From assembly GCA_963727625.1 (NCBI GenBank), contig CAVSHR010000005.1:1024001-1088000 (forward strand): a stretch of 64,000 nt of DNA, given 5' to 3'. Origin of the DNA: an uncultured delta proteobacterium. Lineage in GTDB: Bacteria > Desulfobacterota > Binatia > UBA9968. Positions 30,730 through 39,681 of this stretch are shown here, in pieces (the stretch's first letter is position 1; every line of letters starts with the position of its first letter). The notes beneath the pieces were generated by a model. It was not told the origin of the DNA. It made no database searches and saw only the letters and a program-made list of their open reading frames with translations. The position numbers and the translations under genes were made by a program.

Positions 30730-32387
30730 AACCCCGCAACGCCGCCGGTTAGCCTTCGCAGGATCGCGTTACCCAGGATCAATAGACCCATGACGATCGA
30801 AGCGAGGGCGGCGGCTATCTCTCGATACCCGGCATCCTGCAAGTTGTAAACGACAACTCCGATGGTTTCGGTATGATAGGCGTAGAGTAGAATCGAGACG
30901 GTGAGCTCCCGCAGAGCGGGCATGAAAACTAGAATCCAGCCGGCGATCATTCCCGGCCGAGCCAATGGAAGAATGATGTCGCGCAATCGTGGCAACAATC
31001 TTGCCCCTGAAGCCCTGGCGGCTTCTTCGAGTGAATCGTGCACTTGTTGTAGCGTCGAATTCGTCGTCCTAACCGCGAATGGCAGATAAACCGCGAGATA
31101 GGCCGCCAGGATGATCCACAGTGTACCGTATAGGCTTACCGGCGGTCTCGACCACGCAAGAATCATGGCGATGGCAATCACGGTATGGGGCACGGCGTAT
31201 GGAATCGTCGCGAGAAAGTCGAGCGCGCGACTACCCCTTAGCTTTGCCTTGACGTGCAGATAGGAAATCACGGTGCCGACAAACATGGCTACCGTGGCCG
31301 AGACCGCACCGAGAAACAAACTGTTGATAATCGCTCGCTGCGCCGTTTCAAACTTGAGCACATAATCAAAATTTTGCAGCGTGAGGTTGGCGGCGCTGAT
31401 CGGTGCGCCCCAGTAACGCATCAGCGCCGTCAGCACCATGGAAACAATGGGCAGGATCGAAATAAAGACAACGATCGCCGATGTCAATAGAGATAGCGGA
31501 TAGCGGATCGAACGAAGTTTGAGCTCGGAGGGGTGAACCGCCTTGCCGGAAATGACCGTAAAGCGGCTCTCGCCTCTTTGAATGCCGAACTGAAGCGCCA
31601 TGGTGACGAGCGCCACCAGCACGAGCATACTGGAAAGCGCCGTGGCCAGGCCGAAATCCGGGATTGCCAAGGCGTAATAGATGCTGGTCGTGAGTACGAA
31701 AAATCTCGCTCTCATCCCCAGCAGCGCCGGTATGCCAAAATTGGCGAGGGCGCCGATAAATGCCAGTAAGCCACCCGCCATAATCGCGGGCAGAACCAGA
31801 GGTAAGGTTATCTGGCGCATAATCTGGTAGGTGTTGGCGCCCGATGCGCGCGCCGCCTCTTCGAGACTTGCGTCCATGCGCTCCAATGCGCCCGCTACGG
31901 TGATAAAAACCAAGATGAAATAGTGCACCGTCAGAACAAAGACAATGCCGCCGGGGCCATAGATGTTCCAGGGCACGGTGGTAAAACCAAAGACCTCAAA
32001 GAATAGCCGGGCAAGGTAACCTTGCGGACCCAGAAGTTGGATCCAGGAAATCGCGGCAAAAAACGACGGCAGCGCATAGGGCAAAACCAACAACGTTCTC
32101 AGTGCCTTTTTGCCGGGCAGATCGGTCCGGATGACGAGAAACGCTAGAAGCGTGCCCAGCGCCATGCACATCGCGGCAGTGGCACAAGAGACCCAGACCG
32201 AATTGAGCAGCGCCCGATAGTAACTGGGATAGGAAAAAACCTTTTGATAGCTTTTGAGAGACAGGACACCGGCGTCGAGGAAACTCCGATAGAAGACCTG
32301 CCAGAGCGGATAAATGACGACAAGTAGAACAAACGCGCCGGCCGCCGCCATCAAGAAATAGCGGCGGTCGAAGTTGGAAGCGGTCAT
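30726..32387 (-). CDS. ABC transporter permease with two TM domains (FbpB type)
   Basis: Two LEEAARASGA EAA loops. Confidence 0.93.
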   Translation of the reverse strand: MTASNFDRRYFLMAAAGAFVLLVVIYPLWQVFYRSFLDAGVLSLKSYQKVFSYPSYYRALLNSVWVSCATAAMCMALGTLLAFLVIRTDLPGKKALRTLLVLPYALPSFFAAISWIQLLGPQGYLARLFFEVFGFTTVPWNIYGPGGIVFVLTVHYFILVFITVAGALERMDASLEEAARASGANTYQIMRQITLPLVLPAIMAGGLLAFIGALANFGIPALLGMRARFFVLTTSIYYALAIPDFGLATALSSMLVLVALVTMALQFGIQRGESRFTVISGKAVHPSELKLRSIRYPLSLLTSAIVVFISILPIVSMVLTALMRYWGAPISAANLTLQNFDYVLKFETAQRAIINSLFLGAVSATVAMFVGTVISYLHVKAKLRGSRALDFLATIPYAVPHTVIAIAMILAWSRPPVSLYGTLWIILAAYLAVYLPFAVRTTNSTLQQVHDSLEEAARASGARLLPRLRDIILPLARPGMIAGWILVFMPALRELTVSILLYAYHTETIGVVVYNLQDAGYREIAAALASIVMGLLILGNAILRRLTGGVAGF

Positions 32388-32416
32388 GCGCAAGAACGGC
32401 TAGGCGCCGCGGCCGT

Positions 32417-33421
32417 TTACTGAAGCATGATCTTCTCAAATTTTTCCCGGATGGCCGGAGCGTTATCGGCCGCCCACTCGTAGGGAATCGCCATCATCTT
32501 GATCTGCTTGGCCGAAGGCTGACCTGCCGGCGGTTTGACGTCCCCCCGTACCGGGATCACTTGTTGCTTGACCAAAAATTCCTGGCCTTGTTTCGATAAC
32601 ACGTAATCGACGAACGCTTTACCGCCGTTGGGATTTTTGGTTCCCTTGATGATCGCGATCGGGCTGGGTACGGAGACAGCTCCATCCGAAGGCCAAACAA
32701 TCGCAAGCGGCGCGCCCTTCTTGATCAAGCCCGCGACGATATAGTCGAGCGTCATGGCAACGCCGAACTCTTTGCCCGCCAGAGCACTAGCGGCGTCAGA
32801 GTTGCCGCGCACGACGGCTACCCCTTTTGCTCGCGCGCGTTCGAACCATCCCCAACCGTCTTTTCGCACAAAGGCGGCAACCGTGACGAAATTCGAACCG
32901 GAATAGAGCGGGTTGCCCATCGCCGCCTTCTTGCCAACATCGGGAAAATCATTCCAAGATTTCGGCGCGTCTTTCAGCGCAATCACCTCGGTATTAACCG
33001 CGATGATCATGTTGATCAGTCGCCCTGCAGTGAAAAACCCTTGCGGATCCTTGAGCTCTGCGGGAATCGCTTTGGCCTCGGGAGAAATATACGCGAATAG
33101 CTCGCCGCGCTTTTTGAGATTGTAATAAACGGGTGCGTCGGCTAGCCAGAGCAGATCGGCGCGGATACCGCCCACCTCACGCTCCGCGGCGATTTTGGCG
33201 CCCACCTCGGTGCTGCCGGCGCGGTAAATTTCTACTTTGATGTCCGGCCGCTTTTTCATAAACGCGTCGGCGAACTGGGTCGCAAGCCGCTGCGGAACCG
33301 AGGTATAGAGCAACACGCGGCTGGGCGTTTTCATTTGAGCGAAAACCACCGCAGCGCTCAACGCGATCATCCCACTCATCAGCATCATTACTACACTCGA
33401 TCGACGAATCAGCTTTTTCAT
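32417..33421 (-). CDS. ABC transporter substrate-binding protein (Fe3+/AfuA-like)
   Basis: Signal peptide, LYTS, RAGS, AMGNPLYSGS, FVDYVLSKQGQ. Confidence 0.9.
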   Translation of the reverse strand: MKKLIRRSSVVMMLMSGMIALSAAVVFAQMKTPSRVLLYTSVPQRLATQFADAFMKKRPDIKVEIYRAGSTEVGAKIAAEREVGGIRADLLWLADAPVYYNLKKRGELFAYISPEAKAIPAELKDPQGFFTAGRLINMIIAVNTEVIALKDAPKSWNDFPDVGKKAAMGNPLYSGSNFVTVAAFVRKDGWGWFERARAKGVAVVRGNSDAASALAGKEFGVAMTLDYIVAGLIKKGAPLAIVWPSDGAVSVPSPIAIIKGTKNPNGGKAFVDYVLSKQGQEFLVKQQVIPVRGDVKPPAGQPSAKQIKMMAIPYEWAADNAPAIREKFEKIMLQ

Positions 33422-33442
33422 GATCCACCTCGCTGTTAGAGT

Positions 33443-34231
33443 TTACTCGCTTTGTAGCTTGGCCAACTGGGCGTTGAGAAACGCCGTGGATTTCTGCACC
33501 ATCCCCGCCTCGTCCTTCGGATTCCATCCCTCGATCACCAACGCGCCGTTATATTTTTCTTTCAACGCTTGCAGCACCGGCTCGAAGGCGATCTCCCCTT
33601 GCCCCATAAGGGCATGAACCTTTCCATTTTTAGTGTCGCTGATGTGAATATGTCTGATCCGCCGTAGAGCCCGAATGAACTCGACCACGTCCATCACCGT
33701 GTGCGCATGCGAAACATCGAAGGTCACGCCAAAATTCTCCATGTTCACAGCGTCGGTAATCTGATTGGCGATCTCCGGGTAAATAACCACTTCCTTGTTA
33801 CGCTTCTCCATCGTTTCCATAGCAATAACCAGGCCCAGCTCCTTGCCCCTGTTGGCAAAACGCGTGAAGGCGCTGATTTGCATATCCCATATACCCTCCG
33901 GCGCGTCCTGCCGACCGGTGAGATAGCCCGGATGAACGGTGATGACTTTGGCACCCATCGCCGCGGCTTCCTCGATGCCCTGGATAACTTGGCGGACCGA
34001 TTCTTCTCGGATGCCTGGGTTACTCGAGGTGATGTTGAGATCGCCGATGGGGCCATGGACGGAAAGGCTCAGGCCGGATTGGCGAAGCCTTTTTAGCAGC
34101 TCACCTTTGTCGTCGCGCCATAGGTGCTCGGTCCAAACCTCGAGCCACGACACGCCATGGTCACGCGCAAGATCGATCACATCACCGAGCGGATGAGATT
34201 TAAAAAGCAGGCTAGAAATTGCCGTTTCCAT
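33443..34231 (-). CDS. Sugar phosphate isomerase/epimerase (AP endonuclease 2 TIM barrel)
   Basis: VHGPIGDLN, TVHPG, FDVSHA, HIHISD, LVIE. Confidence 0.88.
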   Translation of the reverse strand: METAISSLLFKSHPLGDVIDLARDHGVSWLEVWTEHLWRDDKGELLKRLRQSGLSLSVHGPIGDLNITSSNPGIREESVRQVIQGIEEAAAMGAKVITVHPGYLTGRQDAPEGIWDMQISAFTRFANRGKELGLVIAMETMEKRNKEVVIYPEIANQITDAVNMENFGVTFDVSHAHTVMDVVEFIRALRRIRHIHISDTKNGKVHALMGQGEIAFEPVLQALKEKYNGALVIEGWNPKDEAGMVQKSTAFLNAQLAKLQSE

Positions 34232-34309
34232 AGATCTCTCCTTTTATTCCGGCTACTTAGCTGGCTGCCCAGCTCCTGTCAAATGAATTTTCGGTAAACG
34301 GTTCAATGC

Positions 34310-34912
34310 CTAGATCTCGACTCCAAGCTGCTGCAGTTCTATGCGCAACCGCGCTATTTCGCCGCGCTGGTAAATAATTACATTCACGCCTAGCTCTCTC
34401 GCCGGTTGCGCGTAGGAATCGTTATCATCGATATAGACGATCTCGCGCGGGCGCACTCCCGATTTTTCGATCATAGCCTTGACGAAATTGGGCTCAGGTT
34501 TGGTCATGTGCAAATCGAAAGAATAAACTTCGATATCGAACAGGTGGCGGAAGCTATACCTCTCTTCGAGAAAGGCAACGCGGGTTCTGATATTTCCCGA
34601 GAATGCGATGATCGAGTAATTTTTTCGCAATTTTGATACGAGCGCATATATCTCCCCGTCGAGAATGTAGCTGTCATACCATTCGCTTTGGATCAAGCGG
34701 CCATCGTAACTTGACGGCAATTGCTGCTGCGCCCATTGCCAGAATTCCTCATCTGTCATAAGACCTTTACGCAACAAAATACTTTGCGGAGAGGATAAGA
34801 TAGCACTAACCACGCTGCGGTCGTAGCCATGCGCCGCCAATTTATCCAAAGCCACGGATTTGCCCTCCGAGAACAAGACACCGCCGAGATCCACGACCAC
34901 GGTCTTAATCAC
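34310..34912 (-). CDS. HAD-superfamily hydrolase
   Basis: VDLGGV, KP, YIDD. Confidence 0.88.
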   Translation of the reverse strand: MIKTVVVDLGGVLFSEGKSVALDKLAAHGYDRSVVSAILSSPQSILLRKGLMTDEEFWQWAQQQLPSSYDGRLIQSEWYDSYILDGEIYALVSKLRKNYSIIAFSGNIRTRVAFLEERYSFRHLFDIEVYSFDLHMTKPEPNFVKAMIEKSGVRPREIVYIDDNDSYAQPARELGVNVIIYQRGEIARLRIELQQLGVEI

Positions 34913-35085
34913 TCCTGGTCACTCCTAAAAAGAATTATCGTTCAAGCGAAAGTCGTTCCAAGCGACCACCACAGGGCCGCGGGATCGTGGAAAGAGAGAT
35001 CAAATGTAGCAGAAATTCACCTAAGTAGTGAAGAAAAACCTACCTTGAATCACCCATCACACTGGTGTATTGCTAAAAAAACACC

Positions 35086-35859
35086 ATGAACTTCGAGAAC
35101 GTCATTGTCGAAAAAGATGGCGCCGTGGCCGTAGTTACGTTGAACCGTCCCCAGGCGCTCAACGCGCTATCCTATGGCCTGGTCAAAGACCTCTCGCTGG
35201 CCATGCAGGCGCTCGATCGGGATCAAGAAGTTCGCGTGATCGTCGTCACGGGGGGTCAAAAAGTATTTGCCGCCGGCGCGGATATCAAGGAAATGGCCGA
35301 CCGCGGCCCGTTCGATGAACGGATCCGCGAACGGCTCGCCTATCGCGATCAAATCAATAAAATCGCCAAGCCCGTGATCGCTGCGGTAAGCGGCTTTGCG
35401 TTGGGCGGCGGCTGTGAGTTGGCCATGAGCTGCGACATCATCATCGCCTCCGAGACCGCGCGTTTCGGCCAGCCCGAGGTGAATCTCGGAATCATTCCGG
35501 GCAGCGGCGGCACGCAAAGATTGACCCATGTGCTGGGCAAGCACCGCGCCATGGAGCTGGTGCTCACCGGCGATATGTTGACGGCGAACGACGCCGAGCG
35601 CTTGGGCTTGGCGAATCGCGTCGTACCGGTCGAGCTGCTCTTGGAAGAAGCGAAAGCGGTCGCCAAAAAAATCGCCGCCAAACCGGCGCTGGCGATCAAA
35701 GAGGCAAAAGAAGCCGTGCTCAAAGCGGCCAATATGCCACTCGACGAAGGGTTGGACTTCGAACGCAAGGCTTTTTACTTGCTGTTCGCTTCCGAAGACC
35801 GCACCGAAGGGATGAAAGCCTTCCTCGAAAAGCGCAAGCCCGAATTCACCGGTAAATAG
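35086..35859 (+). CDS. paaF: Enoyl-CoA hydratase (PaaF-like)
   Basis: FAAGADI, GGGCELA, FGQPEVNLG, GGTQRL. Confidence 0.85.
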   Translation: MNFENVIVEKDGAVAVVTLNRPQALNALSYGLVKDLSLAMQALDRDQEVRVIVVTGGQKVFAAGADIKEMADRGPFDERIRERLAYRDQINKIAKPVIAAVSGFALGGGCELAMSCDIIIASETARFGQPEVNLGIIPGSGGTQRLTHVLGKHRAMELVLTGDMLTANDAERLGLANRVVPVELLLEEAKAVAKKIAAKPALAIKEAKEAVLKAANMPLDEGLDFERKAFYLLFASEDRTEGMKAFLEKRKPEFTGK

Positions 35860-35874
35860 AAACGAGACTAGGCC

Positions 35875-36654
35875 GTGGCCTACGAAACAATCATCTACGA
35901 AAAATCCAATGGTGTGGCGACGATCACGCTCAACCGACCTCAATCGCTCAACGCTTTCGTGCCGCAGATGAACAGGGAAGTGCTCGAAGCCCTGCGCGCC
36001 GGCGAGCGCGATCAAGAAGTCCGTTGTTTCATGATCACCGGCGCGGGCCGGGCATTTTGCGCCGGACAGGATCTCAAGGGCCGCACGCCGGATCAGAAAG
36101 GTTCTTTGGGCGCGTCGTTGCGGGAAAAATACAATCCGATGATCCGCCAGATCCGCCGGTTGGAAAAAATCGTCATCGCCGCGGTCAACGGCGTCGCCGC
36201 CGGCGCCGGGTGCAATTTCGCTCTGGCTTGCGACTTGCGCGTCGCCTCGGAAGACGCCAAATTTATTCAATCGTTCGTGCGCGTCGGCTTGGCGCCCGAT
36301 TCCGGCGGCAGCTTCATCTTGCCGAGGCTGGTCGGCGTGAGTAAGGCCATGGAGCTGTTGCTGCTCGGCGACGCCATCGACGCCAAGGAAGCTCAGCGCA
36401 TCGGCTTGGTGGCGCGGCTCTTTCCCGCCGCTGAATTTGCCGCTTCGGCGCGCGCCGTCGCCGAGCAAGTGGCCCGCGCGCCGCGCGGCATCGGCCTGAT
36501 CAAGCGCGCCGTCAACCACGCCAATTTGGCAAATCTGGAAAACGACCTCGATTACGAGGCGCATTTGCAGGAAATCGCCGGAAGAAGCTCCGACTACGAC
36601 GAGGGTGTGAAAGCCTTTTTGGAAAAAAGAACACCTGTGTTTACCGGGAAGTAA
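35875..36654 (+). CDS. paaG: Enoyl-CoA hydratase/isomerase (PaaG-like)
   Basis: FCAGQDL, YNPMI, NGVAAGAG, GLAPDSGG. Confidence 0.8.
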   Translation: MAYETIIYEKSNGVATITLNRPQSLNAFVPQMNREVLEALRAGERDQEVRCFMITGAGRAFCAGQDLKGRTPDQKGSLGASLREKYNPMIRQIRRLEKIVIAAVNGVAAGAGCNFALACDLRVASEDAKFIQSFVRVGLAPDSGGSFILPRLVGVSKAMELLLLGDAIDAKEAQRIGLVARLFPAAEFAASARAVAEQVARAPRGIGLIKRAVNHANLANLENDLDYEAHLQEIAGRSSDYDEGVKAFLEKRTPVFTGK

Positions 36655-36657
36655 ACT

Positions 36658-36717
36658 CGCGTCTCTAGTCTGAGGTCTTGCGTTTTAACTCCAGACTCTC
36701 GACACTAGACCCGAGAC
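36658..36717. repeat. Inverted heptamer-repeat hairpin (GTCTCTA/TAGAC type)
   Basis: gtctctagtctgaggtc ... gactctcgacactagacccgagac. Confidence 0.5.
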
Positions 36718-36728
36718 AGGAAATTCTT

Positions 36729-37595
36729 ATGGCCAACAAAAACCAAAAGATCGCCGTGCTCGGCGCCGGCACCATGGGCGCGGGCATCGCGCAAGTTGCC
36801 GCTCAAGCCGGCTTTCCGACTCTTGTTTACGACATCAAGCAGGAATTCATCGACGCCGGCATGGGGCGCGTGCGCAATTTCCTCAAGGGCAGCCGTAATC
36901 GCGGCAAGCTCAGCGCCGAGCAGGAACAAGAAATCCTCGACCGCTTCAGCGCATCGACGAAGCTGGAGGATTGCCGCGGCGCCGCGCTGGTCATCGAAGC
37001 CGCGCCGGAAAAGCTCGACTTGAAGCGCGACATTTTCAAGCAGCTCGATGTCATTTGCGCGCCCGAGACGCTCCTGGCAAGCAACACATCTTCGTTTAAC
37101 GTCACCGCCATCGCCGCGAGTACTCGCCATCAAGAGCGTGTCCTAGGTCTGCACTTTTTCAATCCACCGCCGCTCATGGCGCTGGTGGAAGTGATTCAAG
37201 GCGATCGCACCAGCGCGGCGACCATCGAGAACGCCACCGAGCTCGTGCGCGCCATGGGCAAGACGCCGGCGCGCGCCAAGGACACGCCCGGCTTCATCGT
37301 CAATCGCATCGCCCGGCCCTTTTACAACGAGGGACTGCGCATGCTCGGCGACGGCGGCGCTTCCGTGGAAACCGTCGATCGGATCATGAAGGAAGCCGGC
37401 AATTTTCGCATGGGCCCGTTCGAGCTCATGGACCTGATCGGGAACGACATCAACTTCGCCGCCACCGAGTCGCTCTATCGTTCTTTTTTTGAAGATCCGC
37501 GCTTTCGCCCGAGCCCGATCCAGCAACGCATGGTGATGGGCGGCAACATGGGCCGCAAGACCGGCCGGGGTTTTTATACCTATGACAAAAAATAG
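36729..37595 (+). CDS. paaH: 3-hydroxyacyl-CoA dehydrogenase (PaaH N-terminal half)
   Basis: GAGTMG, IEAAPE, ASNTSS, LHFFNP, PGFIVNR, MGPFEL. Confidence 0.85.
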   Translation: MANKNQKIAVLGAGTMGAGIAQVAAQAGFPTLVYDIKQEFIDAGMGRVRNFLKGSRNRGKLSAEQEQEILDRFSASTKLEDCRGAALVIEAAPEKLDLKRDIFKQLDVICAPETLLASNTSSFNVTAIAASTRHQERVLGLHFFNPPPLMALVEVIQGDRTSAATIENATELVRAMGKTPARAKDTPGFIVNRIARPFYNEGLRMLGDGGASVETVDRIMKEAGNFRMGPFELMDLIGNDINFAATESLYRSFFEDPRFRPSPIQQRMVMGGNMGRKTGRGFYTYDKK

Positions 37596-38328
37596 TCTTG
37601 CCATCATCGGCACGAGCCGCCTCGCGGAGGAACTGCTGCGCCTCAGCCAGGAAAAGGGGCTGGAGGCAAAGCAGGCACGCGACCCCGCCGGCGTGGCCTT
37701 GACCACCGAGTGCGTCATCGACACCGAGAACGGCGCCGAAGAGCGCAAACGCGACTTGCTTCAGCGGCTCGACACCGCCTTGCCGCAGTCGGCGCTGATC
37801 ATTACATCCTGTTTGCGCTCGGCTACGACCGTGATGGCGTCCTGGGTGAAACGGCCCGAGCGGCTTGTGGGCTTCGCCACCTTTTTTCCGCTTAAAGACC
37901 GAAAGTTAGTGGAGCTCGCAGCCGGGTTAAGAACCGCCGACGCCTCGATGGCGCAAGCGGAGGAGATCTTTAAATCCCTCGGCAAAGCAACCGTGCGCGT
38001 CAAAGACAGTGCCGGCCTTACTTTTCCACGCATTTTAAGTTTAATTATTAACGAGGCGGCAAGAAGTCTCGAAGAAGGCGTCGCCGGCGCGGAAGAGATC
38101 GATGTTGCCATGCGGCTTGGCGTCAATTATCCCCAAGGCCCGTTGCGCTGGGCCGATCAGATCGGGTTGGACGAAGTACTCGCCGTGCTCGAAGGTTTGC
38201 AGCGCGAGACCGGCGACGACCGCTATCGCCCGGCACCGCTCCTCAAGAAGCTCGTCATCGCCGGTTTTCTCGGCGAAACCAGCGGCAAAGGTTTTTACTC
38301 GCATCACGAAGGACAGGTGAAACCATGA
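37582..38328 (+). CDS. 3-hydroxyacyl-CoA dehydrogenase C-terminal-type protein (second half of split PaaH)
   Basis: [37 protein letters not shown]. Confidence 0.85.
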   Translation: MTKNSLAIIGTSRLAEELLRLSQEKGLEAKQARDPAGVALTTECVIDTENGAEERKRDLLQRLDTALPQSALIITSCLRSATTVMASWVKRPERLVGFATFFPLKDRKLVELAAGLRTADASMAQAEEIFKSLGKATVRVKDSAGLTFPRILSLIINEAARSLEEGVAGAEEIDVAMRLGVNYPQGPLRWADQIGLDEVLAVLEGLQRETGDDRYRPAPLLKKLVIAGFLGETSGKGFYSHHEGQVKP

Positions 38329-39527
38329 GAGAAGCCGTCATTGTTGAAGCCGTGCGTTCGCCCATGGGACGCCACAGCGGCATACTCAAAGAACTGCGCA
38401 CCGACGATCTGGCGGCGCACATCATCGCCAAGCTGGTCGAAAAAGCCGGCATCAACAAAGAAGAGATTGAAGATGTTTATTTCGGCTGCACCAACCAAGC
38501 CGGCGAAGACTCGCGCAACGTCGCGCGCAACGCCTCGCTGCTCGCCGGCTTGCCTTACACCATTCCCGGTGCCACCGTCAATCGTTTGTGCGGCTCGGGA
38601 CTGGAAGCGATCAATCAAGCCGGCCGAGCCATCGAAACCGATCACGGCGATCTGTTTATCGCCGGCGGCGTCGAGAGCATGACGCGCGGTCCTTGGGTCC
38701 TGGGCAAGCCGGCCAACCCCTTTCAGCGCGGCGACGTGCAGATGTACGACAGCTCGCTCGGCTGGCGTTTCCCCAACAAACGCATGGCCGAGCTCTACTC
38801 CTTGATCAACAACGGCGAGACCGCGGAAAATGTCGCGGAGAAATATCACATCAGCCGGGAGGATCAGGACAAGTTCTCCCTCGCCAGCCATCAGAAAGCC
38901 CTCCAGGCGCAAAACAGCGGCCGGCTCAAAGACGAGATCATTCCGGTGGAGATTCCCCAGCGCAAAGGTGCGCCGCTGGTTCGTGACAAAGACGAAGGTC
39001 CGCGTCCGGACACCTCTTTGGAAATTCTCGCCGGCCTAAAGCCGGTGTTCAAAAAAGGCGGCACGGTGACCGCGGGTAACTCGTCGCCCCTGTCGGACGG
39101 CGCCGGAGCACTGCTGATTACCACGCCGCAAAAAGCGGAGCAATTAAAACTAAAACCGCTGGCGCGCATCGTCGCTTCGGCGGCGGCCGGAGTCCATCCC
39201 AACTACATGGGCATCGGCCCGATCCCGGCCTCACAGAAGGCGCTCAAGCGCGCCGGTTTGACGATTGAGCAGGTCGATTTGGTCGAGATCAACGAAGCCT
39301 TCGCGTCGCAAGTGCTCGCCTGCGCGCGCGAGCTCGGCATCGATTTGGATAAATTGAACGTCAACGGCGGCGCCATCGCCCTTGGCCATCCGCTCGGCTG
39401 CAGCGGCGCACGCATTATGACGACGTTGATCCATGAGATGAAAAAACGCGGCTGCCGCTATGGTTTGGCCACCATGTGCATCGGTGTCGGCCAAGGCATC
39501 GCGACGGTCGTGGAAAGAATCCAGTAG
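38325..39527 (+). CDS. paaJ: Thiolase (PaaJ/PcaF-like)
   Basis: NQAGEDSRNVAR, NRLCGSG, NEAFA, GHPLG, MCIGVGQG. Confidence 0.85.
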   Translation: MREAVIVEAVRSPMGRHSGILKELRTDDLAAHIIAKLVEKAGINKEEIEDVYFGCTNQAGEDSRNVARNASLLAGLPYTIPGATVNRLCGSGLEAINQAGRAIETDHGDLFIAGGVESMTRGPWVLGKPANPFQRGDVQMYDSSLGWRFPNKRMAELYSLINNGETAENVAEKYHISREDQDKFSLASHQKALQAQNSGRLKDEIIPVEIPQRKGAPLVRDKDEGPRPDTSLEILAGLKPVFKKGGTVTAGNSSPLSDGAGALLITTPQKAEQLKLKPLARIVASAAAGVHPNYMGIGPIPASQKALKRAGLTIEQVDLVEINEAFASQVLACARELGIDLDKLNVNGGAIALGHPLGCSGARIMTTLIHEMKKRGCRYGLATMCIGVGQGIATVVERIQ

Positions 39528-39681
39528 GCGGATCGGCCCGACAGCAAATGCAAGTTGGAAGGTGACCTGTTCCACAGTTTCTAGACGCCCTTGTAATTGT
39601 TTTAATCTCAGCCGGGATTCGACCGCCGAACCTGATCGTTCGACTCCATCGCTTCGCCTCTGACCTGCCGTCGCTGGCGCG

